From: Antedon mediterranea
Taxonomy: Eukaryota; Animalia; Echinodermata
Direction of reading: 5' to 3'
Assembly: GCF_964355755.1 (NCBI RefSeq)
Contig: NC_092670.1
Location: 15,982,795-16,046,794 of the forward strand
DNA length: 64,000 nt
The notes beneath the pieces were generated by a model that was not told the origin of the DNA, made no database searches, and saw only the letters and a list, made by a program, of their open reading frames with translations. A program made the translations under genes and the position numbers. Below, in pieces: positions 50,482 to 62,416 of this stretch (position 1 is its first letter; every line of letters starts with the position of its first letter).

Positions 50482-53190
50482 CAATTCAATTCAATTCATC
50501 GACATTTTTATTCCATAATCAAAATAAAAACATATACAAATACAATACAAATAATAAGATAATGGAATGGGATACAAAATAAGCACAAGTGCTTTAAGCA
50601 TGTAACCCTAACAAAAAGATCAAACAATTAGTACAAACAAAAAGAACAAACCAAAATAACATAATGTGATTTACTTAACTTAAATATTTCTATTGTTATA
50701 ATATTGCTTTAATCTCTGTTTAAACAAACTTAAAGTGGGGGATTGTTTTATATAGTCTGTTAAATTGTTCCAAATATGTGTTCCTTGGTAGGAAATACAT
50801 TGCTGTCCGACTTTGGTGCGTTTTAGTTGTGGACAGTAGTTTGACCTGTTTCTAGTTGAGTAATTATGGAATGAGGCAGATGTACTAAATAAGTTATTAA
50901 ATGATTCAGGTAATAGATTATGTTTATATTGATACATAAATATAGCAGTGTGTTTCGTATAAAGGTCAAAAATATTTAATGTTTGGGTTGAAATAAAAAG
51001 TGGATGAGAAGGATGCATAAAATGAACATGACAAATATTTCTAAGTGCTTTTTTCTGGAGAATATGTATACGGTTTAAGTTTGTAGCAGAAGTAGCACCC
51101 CATACTGTGATAGCATACGTTATTCTAGGTAATATAAGTGCATTGTATACCGTTAACAAGATTTTACTTGATAACATAGACTTCACTTTGTTTAAGACAC
51201 CAATTATTCTAGAAATACTGTTTGCTACCTCATTTACATGAAAATTAAACGATAAAGTTTCATCCAGAAATAAGCCTAGAAATTTAACTTCAGTAGCTTT
51301 TACTATACATTCATTTCCCATCCTCAATTCTAGTGAGGTAGTGTCAGCTGACTTATTTCTAGCCTTAAATATAACATATTTTGATTTGTTTACATTTAGC
51401 GTTAATTTGTTAGCAATAAACCAGTCCGAAAGTATAGATAACTCCTGGTTCATTGTATCAAAAGCTTGAGTAATATCATTGTGACTATAAAACACATTTG
51501 TGTCATCTGCATACATAATCATGTCTACATGGTTACATGCTAGACTAATATCATTAATGAATATAAGAAATAATAATGGACCCAATATGGATCCCTGAGG
51601 AACTCCAGTGTTTACTGTCATTTTACTAGATGCAGTATTAACAATAAATGTGTATTGTAGTCTTTTTTTAAGATAGTTTGAGAACCAGTTTAGCGGAACT
51701 CCTCTTATACCATAAAATCTTAACTTATCTAATAATATATCATGATCGATTGTATCAAACGCTTTTGATAAATCAAGGAAAACTCCTAGTGTGAACTCTT
51801 TATTCTCAATAGCGTTTGTGATTTTTTCAATCGATTGTATTAAAGCATGCCTAGTTGAATGGTGTTGTCTAAATCCATACTGTGTTTTACTCAGTACGTT
51901 ATATTTTGAGAGGTAACAAATCGTTTGATCATACACAATCCTCTCAAATATTTTGGAAAAAAAGGGTAAAATGGAAATAGGCCGATAATTATTTATATCG
52001 GAGATGTCACCATTCTTAAATACCGGGATAACTTTAGCAATTTTTATATCAGCCGGGACACAGCCCGATGATAATGACGTATTAATAATATGCAATAAAG
52101 GTTTTAAAATAAACGGGGAAGCAGATTTTATGAGTTGGGCACTTATACCATCATGGCCAGGAGAAGTATTCTTTGTGTTTTTAATATAGTGGTTAAGTTC
52201 ATGTTCAGTAACAGGCTTAAAAAACATTGAAGAGGTAAAATTTCCCTTTAAGAAAGTTCTGTGGGTGATTTCTTCATTTTGAGATTCATGCCTAAATTTA
52301 TTATTTAGTTTTTCTCCAATATTAATAAAAAAAGAGTTGAATGCATCAGCTTTCTCATCATTATCAGAGAAAGTCTCAGTACCCAATTTTATTTTTGTAG
52401 GCAAATTGGTAGTCTTTTTCCTACCCATTATATCATTTAGGATTGTCCACGTTTTTTTAATATCTTGTTTATTTCGTTCAAACTGGACCATATAATATTC
52501 TTTTTTCCGATTTCTAATAGTAGTGGTTAACTTGTTTCTAAAATGTATGTACGTACTTTTATTAGTAGTGGTGTTATTTTGTTTGTACTTTTTATATAAT
52601 TTATGTTTTTGAGAGATAGCTCTGGCAATTTCAGCTGTGATCCAAGGAGATTTTAACTTGTTCGCCTTATTTCTAATTCGTTTTAAAGGGAAACAATTAT
52701 CAATTGTTTTATTTAAAGTGTTTGTAAAATTTTGATAAGCAACATTCGCATTATTTGAGAATAGCACATCATTCCACTGATTACTTTGTAATTCTTGCAA
52801 AAAATACTCCGTTTGTTGAGGAGAGTATTGTCGTTTATATACAAATCGAGGATATTGCTTATTATGTTTTTCCAAAGTATCTACACAAAATATTGGGAAG
52901 TGATCAGAAATATCAGTAATAAGTATTCCACTTTTAAGGGACGTAGTAAAAGAATCGATGTTGCAATAAATGTTATCAATTATTGAAGCACAATTATCGG
53001 ATATTCTAGTAGGACTTTTTATGATTGGCTGAAATGACTGAGAAAATATTGTGTCTAAGTGTGATTGGATAGTGTTGTCGGTAGATTGTTGGAGTAAGTT
53101 TATGTTATAGTCTCCCACAAGGTAAGCTTTCTTTTTTTCTAGATTAATCATTTGCATTACACATGTTAATTCATCATCAAACTTTTGCAA
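50482..53190 (-). mobile_element. 5'-truncated non-LTR retrotransposon (L2/Crack-like, CR1 group) with an uninterrupted ORF2 at 53190-50680
   Basis: 836-codon open frame with the APE endonuclease C-terminal half (GDYNIN, PTRI, IDNI, SDHFPI) and RT (YRPISIL, QYGFR, FLDLSKAFDT, GVPQGSILGP, YADD, FLGL). The 3' UTR ends in a (GAATT)n tail. Confidence 0.93.
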
Positions 53191-53385
53191 GGAACGTGAG
53201 GGTGCCCCCTCTATAGTATAACTTGTTAGGTTGAAGAGTTTATTACACGTCGAATCGTGCGTGTGTGTACTTACTGTGGTGGTCGGTCACCGTAGATTCT
53301 TTGAAAGAGCTATCTTATTTTTGTACAATTTCTGGCATTTCATTATTTATTCTCTTATATAGTAACTTTAGAAACTGAAATCGAA

Positions 53386-56300
53386 ATGGCAGGTTAGTAT
53401 AAACCTTATTGTATACTGTATTATAAATGACAAAAGTAAGAAAACTGATTTAAATTTAGGAGGGCTATGCTAGGCCGTGTAACTGTTTGTAGGTACGAGA
53501 CTAGGCCTAGCTAGACTGCACTCTGCACTGACTGGATAAAAACGCCCACTTTTGACTAGAGCATTCATTTTGTCCCTTCAGGGCCGGGGCGATGACAGTT
53601 TTCTGTAGGCCCTGGTAGGCCTAAAGAGAGCTTCAAAGTTATGTCCTATCTTGGCTTAAACAAAGATGGAGTAAATTCTACTTCCAACCTTAGACTAATA
53701 GGTTAGTATGAGTATTACAAAGTAAGTTAGACTTAGAGGCCGCCTACTCTTCTTAAATTTATTTTTAAAACAAGTAAAGCCTGTTTTCCAGTCGATGTTG
53801 AGTTAACCAGATTCAACGATTTTACAGAAAAAGAGGGTAAAAATCAATGTTAAATATGCAATTGTGAAGTTAAACCAAGTTCAACTTCAACATTACGATC
53901 GTTAAAACTAAACAATCAAATTGTTCACAAATTACGTCGTAATTTCAGCCTAGCAAATATTATTGTTTTACCAAACTTACCCATCATAACACTAACAGTC
54001 CACCATCTCCTCTTGTTTACAATTTGTTATTTTTATATTTAGATGATGTAACATTAGGGTTCAAACTGTACATTCTTATGGTGTTGACGGTCAATGCAAC
54101 AGCCTACATACTCTTAGTGCGATACACCAGATCACGTGACGGACCGATGTACTACTCAACCACAACTGTCATGATGACAGAGCTGTCGAAGCTCTTTCTT
54201 TCTTTAATGATCCTGATCAAGGAACACGCTAGCATTCGTGGCATGATTGTTGATGTCTATCGTAATGTATTCTGTAAACCTTCCGACACTTTTAAGATGT
54301 GCATTCCATCAGTTATTTATGCCATTCAAAATAACTTAGCATTTTTTGCTCTTTCCAACTTGGATGCGGCCACATATCAGGTATGCTTGTAATTCACAAT
54401 ATTTTATAATGTCCACATTAAAGCTCTGTCTACACTATCAAACTAGTTAGATGTGCCTAAATATGGTAGTGATATGCTTAAATATGGTAGTGATGTGACA
54501 GCATCATGTCCATATATAGGCACATCACATTTTTTGTCACATAAAGTTTGATAGTGTAGACAGAGCTTAAAACTACCGTAGCTTTATTTCAAAGACGAAA
54601 ATTGTTTGCTGTTTACTTTAATGTTGCATTTGCTATTACAATCACACATCATTTAATCATTTATCTGGTCCATAGAAAGTAATAACATAAATAAACTGTA
54701 CTGACTAATTAAAATAAGACATGCTCTCATCTCAGGATGGTATTTATTCCACCGGGAGAGCATCTTTGACTTTGATATTATCGTTAAGATTCAAACATTT
54801 TCACACTACACATCAGGTCTTACTCATATCCTGCAATGTATAATATACCTTATAAAATGTCCTTTCTCTTCCTTAGGTTACATACCAGCTAAAGATTCTA
54901 ACCACTGCTATGTTTATGGTTTTAATGATCGGTAAATCAATTAGCCGTGTGCAGTGGGGGTCGCTGGTCTTGTTATTTTTCGGTATTGCGCTTGTTCAAT
55001 TAGATTCAGCAAATGTCAAGCAAGGTTCACATTACAACTACACGTATGGACTGGTGGCTATCCTTGCGTCATGTCTATGCTCAGGTTTTGCAGGTAACAA
55101 CACAACTAAATTATAATAACCAACCTTCTCTAAAATGCAGTATACATTACCCACAATGCATATTTGGTTACAAATTACAGTATATTAATTTCAACAAATA
55201 TAGCATATTTTGCTTATGTACCTAGCTAAATAACGTTGTTCCAATACACTTGAACTTAAAGATTACTTTAAAGGTGCGGGCAAACAATTTCTATTGATCA
55301 TACATTCCAATAATTATCGATCTATAGTTTCCCCTATGTTTCATAATTTTTGGGATTTTATTTGTGTTACACAAGCTTGTTGAAAATAAGCACTTCAAAT
55401 TACACAGTAAAATCTCTATTCTTTTGTACACAAATTTTGTAAATAGAGAGGCATTTTAAAAAGCTATGAAAACTAAACAGTGTGGTAAAAAATGTTATCA
55501 GATGACTAAATATAGCTAATATAACTTGAATATTACATTTATAGTATTTTTATTCAACTTCAGATTTTTATTTTCATGCTATAGCAAAAATTATCCACCG
55601 CATATCCACCATCTTTTTTCACCTTGTAGGGAGTCACCAGACATGTTATTACATTAGGTTAACCACCTAACTACTAAACAAAGGTCTTCCTGGTTTTTAT
55701 GGAAGAATTTTGCCAAATTTTGTATTTGACGATATTAAGGGAAATTCATGTTTTTTCGTCTTGATTTCTGTAACAAATATTTGATTTATGTACAATTGAC
55801 CAAAATTTTTATTAAAATTTCATGCCTGTACCTGAGCTTTAAGGTAAAAATGAATTTGGGATCTTTTAGACCTCATGGAAGTTTGGTTTCAAATATAAGC
55901 AGACTGACAACCCTTATTTTTTGTTATTTTTACAGGTGTATATTTTGAGAAGGTACTGAAAGGGTCTGATACCTCACTGTGGATACGTAATGTTCAGATG
56001 TACTTGTTTGGTATCGTAAGTGCTTTCGTAGGCGTCTTGACAAAAGATGGAGCCAACATTCTGGAAAATGGTTTTTTCTATGGGTATAATAATTATATTT
56101 ACCTAATTATAGGTAAGACATTATGTAGTTATTATAGGTAAGACATTATGTAGTTATTATAGGTAAGACATTATGTAGTTATTATAGGTAAGACATTATG
56201 TAGTTATTATAGGTAAGACATTATGTAGTTATTATAGGTAAGACATTATGTAGTTATTATAGGTAAGACATTATGTAGTTATTATAGGTAAGACATTATG

Positions 56301-57392
56301 TAGTTATTATAGGTAAGACATTATGTAGTTATTATAGGTAAGACATTATGTAGTTATTTGAATATTAATGATTACTTTTATTTCATAATTCATCCATAGT
56401 TCATGTAATAAAAAGTGGTAAAAAAACAGCTAGTATTATCTCATGCCATATTTCCTATATGGAAGAATACATACAAGTCTTGTTCTCATGACTAACAAAT
56501 TTTAGTCAAACAGCGTCCACAAACGGCTCTCAGTGCAGCCAGAAGTATATATTTATGTAAATATATTTATAGCTAGGTTTTTATAACATGTAGGCTAGGC
56601 ACAACATAGCTAAAAAAGACACAATCATCTTAGCCTCTTCCTACCAGCTATCACTCCTTTCATGATAATATTCTAGCCTACTCACAATATTTACTCGATT
56701 TTTATAAAATACTGTCATACATTTGCTCATAATGTGGCATTTCTTGAATAGCTACTGGACTCCAAAACTAAACGCAAGGGTTCGAGGCTCACTCGCTCTA
56801 TGGTTCTGGTGGTAGAACGAGTCTTCTCGGATAAAGACTATAAACCGTAGGTCCAGTGTACACATAGCTCATGCGCACTTTAAAGAACCTAGTACATCTT
56901 TCGAGACGAGTAGGGGGTTACCCCGGTGTACTAGTCCACACAAACACAGCCACTGTCACACACAGCCACTGTGCAAATTGGGACTGGACCGTTTTAGAGG
57001 TGTTTACCACCTGTTGGTCCAGGTCCTTCACTAACTGAGTTAGTGAGAAGTCGAATAAATAAATAAATAAAAAAAAAATAAATAAATACTTAGAATTCAT
57101 AGAATATCAAAACACTACTGTTTTTGTATAACAATGTCATTGTTTTATTACAGGTATGGCTAGTATAGGTGGATTGTATACATCAATTGTAGTCAAGTAC
57201 ACAGATAACATCATCAAAGGGTTTTCAACTGCAGTGTCTATCGTAGCAGCGGTTGTTTGTTCTTACTTTTTGTTTGAAGCAATGTTTGGTCGATACTTTA
57301 TAATGGGTTCTGGATTAGTCATGCTAGCCATTTACTTGTATAGTTTACCAAAACCTGCGCCACCGAAACCTGCCCAAGTTCAGACTGTTTAA
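53386..57392 (+). CDS. SLC35A1: CMP-sialic acid transporter (SLC35A nucleotide-sugar transporter), about 325 aa, 5 exons
   Basis: Exons 53386-53392, 54043-54380, 54877-55093, 55936-56112, 57154-57392. DDVTLGFKLY..RYTR, YAIQNNLAF.ALSNLDAATYQVTYQLKI, CSGFAGVYFEKVLK and ASIGGLYTSIVVKYTDNI are closer to SLC35A1 than to A2/A3. Confidence 0.88.
54422..54567. mobile_element. MITE family A, full copy
   Basis: TAA|AGCTCTGTCTACACTATCAAACT ... AGTTTGATAGTGTAGACAGAGCT|TAA. Confidence 0.9.
56106..56357 (+). repeat. Perfect 25-bp tandem repeat (10 copies) containing the SLC35A1 exon-4 splice donor
   Basis: (ATTATAGGTAAGACATTATGTAGTT)x10. Confidence 0.95.
56775..57085 (+). mobile_element. Deu-domain SINE with (AAAT)n tail
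   Basis: B box GGTTCGAGGCTC, Deu core as at 26529, ends AATAAATAAATAAATAA. Confidence 0.75.
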
Positions 57393-57627
57393 ACTGTGCA
57401 AAATTTAAAAGTTTTGCATTCGCTCAGATATACTTTTTGTAACTGTACCTCATTTTAGGGTCAGTTGACTGAGGCGACCTATTTAGCCTGGGCACTGATT
57501 GGAGCAATACCTGAATAAACTTTCACATACTGTAGTAGACTGATACATTTTCTCTTAACAAATTATATAGTTTTATAGTCTTTATCAAAAAACAACAATT
57601 CATCATCACTGTTTGACTAAATATAGT

Positions 57628-57754
57628 CAGTGGTGCAACAGCTATGAGTGTTCAATGGCTAAACCCAGAAGTGGAGCAACTGAGCATAAGCAGCCCCAAT
57701 GAAAATGCCCAGCGTTAGAGGGCCCTTATAGAAGTCGTATGCATTATGCCACTG
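57628..57754. mobile_element. Short hAT-like MITE downstream of the SLC35A1 stop
   Basis: AATATAGT|CAGTGG ... CCACTG|AATATAGT (8-bp TSD). Confidence 0.7.
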
Positions 57755-59142
57755 AATATAGTCATACTACTTTGTACGTGTAGTCTATTATTAATAATTA
57801 TGCTTATTGTACATTTAGGCAGCTGAAAAATAATAATACAGTATTATTTATCACACTTCATGCTGTACATGCAGTGGTGAGATTCAAAAATACATTCCCA
57901 CATACAATTTATGCATTTTCTTATCCACCGTATTTCTTAGAATTTAGTATTAAATAAACTTGCCTAGTAAAATACATAAAATTAACTTTTAATAATGAAG
58001 GGAAAAAAAAAATTAGGACATAACTATTTAATAATTGACATTTTCTCTATTATGATTTTATATTTCATTATTTTGTTTTTATGTATTGTATTCTCTATTG
58101 TATTGTAGTAAAGTAATAATGATATAGTAAATGAAGATATTAAATACAATCATAATAATATCATTAAATGATGTCATAGCTATTTAGATTTGTTCTAATG
58201 TTTTATATTGATACGATACAGTACATAGTATTATGGTGTTGAGGGAAATTTTTATTAAATATTTTCTTTTTAAATGTGAAATATTTTTCCTTGACATTGA
58301 GAGAATTGATTTTAATGGTAAATGTTTATGAAACCATCAAACCTTGAAACATCATTTTTTCATAAATGTGTAATTATAAAGGAAAGGCAGGAGTATAGTA
58401 GTTTAAACAATTATAAATTTCTCTTCTCACATTATTTGATTTATTAATTATACTATTTTGAATATTTAATTATTAGTTATTATTGTTTAATTAAACATCT
58501 ATATTCTAATGTGTATATTGGTTGGTATTTCAAAGGTTTTTTTTAACAATTTAGTTTTGTAGCAAAAAAAGCAACAAAAAAAAGTTTTAATATTAGAAAA
58601 TACTGATTACCTTGCATTTTATGTATTTTTTAAATATGGGCCAATTAGCTGGTATACTGCTTATTATAATAATTTATGTTTAGTGAATTGACTTGTGTTG
58701 TAGCATTACTGATATGATTTAAAATCATTTTTGAATTAGTTAATACCAGTACATATATTTTAGTGAAAACATTTTGAGATCATTTCTGGATTTTTTTAAA
58801 CTGCAGTACATGACGTGTACATTTTGTGCACTCTCTGTTATCAATCAAGAATATTTTTATTTTACCTTGTTTCACTGTAAATGTTCTTGAAGCAGTTATA
58901 CAATTGTTACTTAATACTGAAATAAACACTGTTTACAGAAAAAGCTTGCTAAATTATAAACAGGTTCAAGCACAAACAAAATATAGTTACTGCAGTAACA
59001 TAATCCATGGAGCTATAAATTAGATATAGCTCCATGAATAATCCATGTCATGGTCCCATGTGTAGTTCACAATGTACTTTACTTTATATATTTTTCAGTA
59101 ACTATAACCAGTAGTTGGTTTAGTGAAGGTGTGCTCACCTAA

Positions 59143-59280
59143 AGCTCTGTCTACACCTTTATCAAACTTTATGTGACAAAAAAATGAGATGTGCCCATAT
59201 ATGGATACGATGACATTATATCGCTACCATATTTGGGCACCTCTTCTTTGTCAAACTAGTTTGATAGTCTAGACAGAGCT
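59143..59280. mobile_element. MITE family A, full copy
   Basis: TAA|AGCTCTGTCTACAC ... TAGACAGAGCT|TAA. Confidence 0.85.
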
Positions 59281-61370
59281 TAATACTATAAGAAGCCTTT
59301 ACTTGTACTATTTGACTGTAGTATCAAGATGGTGTGTTGTTTGCTTTGTATAATTACAGAACTGTAGTTAATAATAAATGTAATTAAATCAATAATGCAT
59401 ATTGCAGCTGAATTTAATTACCACTGTGACTACTAGCATTACTGCAGTAACTACTTCATGTATGATGGATAATTGTAATAATTATACTATCGTATGACTC
59501 TTTAAATTGTACTACTGGTGGTGGTCTATTGCTTTACAAATTTAATATCATTTAATTTATCATTTATACTAACAGTAACACACCAATAAAATAGTTTACA
59601 ACATCTGCACTGTTTATGTTTGTTTTTGACTGAGTTTGTTTTTACTTTTGTACCTCATCAACTTATGCCAAAGTACAAATTGATAATAGGTCTGAATCTT
59701 TTGGGTTAGTTGGTTGTTATGGAAGATTGAATAACAGGGATTTGAAATGTACACATATACTGTACTAGCATAATAAAACGTGACGATCACGTTTATTATA
59801 ATTATGCAGAAGTTAACTCCAAATGTCCTAGGGTCTAAGCCTAATTGAAACAGCCCTATCCTAGACCTAAACGGTAATGTCAATGAAAATAGAAAGATGA
59901 AATGGAAAATTACCTAGGATTTGATGTTCTCAGTCATTTCTATTTTATGAGTGAGAAATATTACATTTGCTGACGGTGGTTAATCGATCTAGTTTCAATG
60001 CTGTGTGCCCCTTTTTAAGTTGACTAGCCTAGGCCTAAAGTTAGCACCAGGTCCAGAAGCTTCTCTTGACCCGTTATTTTACGGTAATTAGGCCAACACA
60101 AATCGTTCTGAAAGCGGTTAAAAAAATATACTTACTGCTGTTGCATTCACTTTATGTAGTTTAATAAAGCTTAAAGGACAACTGTACCGAGGACCATATT
60201 TTAAAAACGTATTAGGGGTATACATATGATTTCAGAACCATCGCGAAATCGAGGATATCGCCGCACGCGCTCGCCGTACAGCCGTCGCCGTAAATTGCTG
60301 TGACGTCACAGGTGCATCGCATAATCTACTTAATGAGTTTTCGCTGTTGTTACCATACAATAGATAGGTACCGTCACTTTAATTGCTTATTTAACCTTTT
60401 AAATTACTTAAATTTGCCAAAATGTTTTCCTGGTATTTTGAAGAAACACTTCAATATCCAGATAGACAAAACAAACAATAAAACAATTCAACTTTTATAT
60501 TTTTTACGATTTATTTAAAAAGTGTGTTTACTAGAAATGTTCGCGCTTTGCGAGACTTGTCTATGGGACCCGAAGAGTAGCTAGTAGAAACATGACGTAT
60601 GACGTTCTGGAATCATTCAACCATATCGGACTCAAAACTTTTTCTCTGCTGCTGCTGTGTGGTGGTGGTGTGTATGTGACGTGTGGTGATGTGGTAAACT
60701 CTGTGTGTGAGATAGTTGTAATTTTTCCAGACAAGTTTTTTAGCATTGATCGTGGGCTTATCACGTAAGTTTAAAAAAAAAATTAGATTATGTTTGTTTT
60801 TGTGTCAGGGTCTCGTAATTTCAATTTTGGAAAACAAAACTAGGCCTAACCCTAGGCCTAGGCCTAGCTAGGCTAGGTCCCCTCTGCTCTGGCTCTGCTG
60901 CCGCTGTTTTCTTTTATATATATGCCTAGCCTAGTCCTAGTAGGAGTCTGGGTAAGCCTATTCTACTAGGCTAGGCCTATAATAAATAGGCTACTAATTG
61001 ATATGCGCAAGAGCCTAGTGTAGTACTATGCCTACCTAGTACCAGCCTAGGCCTAGTAGTACTCTACTACTAGCTTAGAGTGGGTCTGATTATTTTGGGC
61101 CTTTGGCCATGGCATGGTGGGTGGGGCATGGCCGCCGTTTATGAACGCCTAAAAATTCATGAACTTATTATAATAATATTAATAATATTTTACTCGAAAT
61201 CCTCACTCATAATCATATTGTGCCCAGCTAGAGGAAGGGTTAGGCAGATGGATTGAATACTACTAGGTAGACCCAGGGCCTACTAGGCAGTGCATATCAA
61301 ATCGGTATTTAATATAGCCCAATTTAATACTCTCATTTAATTTCACCATAGACACATATAACGATAAAAC

Positions 61371-62347
61371 ATGGCTGAAGTGCATGAAACAGAAGAAGAA
61401 GAGTATGGAAGTGACGACGATATTTTTTATTCTGTTCCAAAACCATATTTATTTGAACCACAATACTCACCAACCGAGATAGAGCGCAGAAGAAAGGAGA
61501 AGAATAATAGTGCAGTTGCACCCCTGCCAACAGCTTTAGTAAGTAGACTGAATGACAGTTTTTGGTGTACATGTGGTTTTTGTACACCAATGGCAACGGA
61601 AGACGAATGTGTATGTTGCAATGAAGTTCAACAAACATTGTCTTTGTTAGAGAGAGAGAGGCCTACTACAACTCCAATGGAAAAAGATGACGATTTATTA
61701 TTACGGTGCATTACATCTCATTGTGATCTTGAAGCACACTTAAATACAAGTGTTTTGACAACATTTTTTCGAAGTCATCGACACAACTGGAAACAATTTC
61801 CGAAACCAAGGGGCCTACATGGCCAACTAAATAATGAGTAAGGCTTTTGGTTTTTTATTCAAGATATCTTTCTTCCTTTATTTATTTTTTTTATTCTTTC
61901 TACATAATACATTCATTTTGCCGCTAGTTCCATTGTGTTAAACTCAAGAGAACTACTCTATAAGCACAAGAATATGTTTTGTTTTTAAAAATACATTTGA
62001 CCACTAAATCTGTTTTGCATGACCATGTTTTCAAAAGTCACTCTAATAACCAATTACTATATAGAATACTAGATATCAACAAGCAGTGAGTAAAACAAAA
62101 TATAGAAAACATGGCACTTTTTATTTTTAACAGACTTAGCTAAAGTCATTCATTTTTTTAAATTATCAGACAATACCGCCTTGTAGCTTACAGAGTTGTA
62201 CTACAATGGATTCTACAAGGTGAAAAACTAGGCTACAAGAACAGAATGGTATTGCCAGCTTGTTTGGTCAAGAAAATTAGAGAAAAGTTTCCTTCACCTG
62301 ATGGAACATACAAAGGTTTTTCTTGGCCTGCTACTGATGATGCATAA
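61371..62347 (+). CDS. KolX accessory protein, homologous to the P2X7 cytoplasmic ballast domain (214 aa, 2 coding exons)
   Basis: Exons 61371-61837 and 62170-62347. Motifs PYLFEP, WCTCGFCTPMATEDECVCCNE, CITSH, YRLVAYR..W...LGYKNRMVLPACLVKKIREKFPSPDGTYKGF. Confidence 0.88.
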
Positions 62348-62416
62348 TTTGTTCGATTAAACTGAAAAATAAACTTTGTATAACAACAGTATTTAAATCA
62401 TCACCATCATAATCAT

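Noticed and set aside
55272-55833. Possible non-autonomous Kolobok (TTAA|AGGTGCGGGCA ... TGCCTGTACCT)
   Set aside because: TIR match is short and imperfect and the right TTAA is not adjacent, so it is too weak to call
56106-56357. CRISPR-like regular repeat array
   Set aside because: Units are contiguous with no spacers, no cas genes, and the context is a eukaryotic intron
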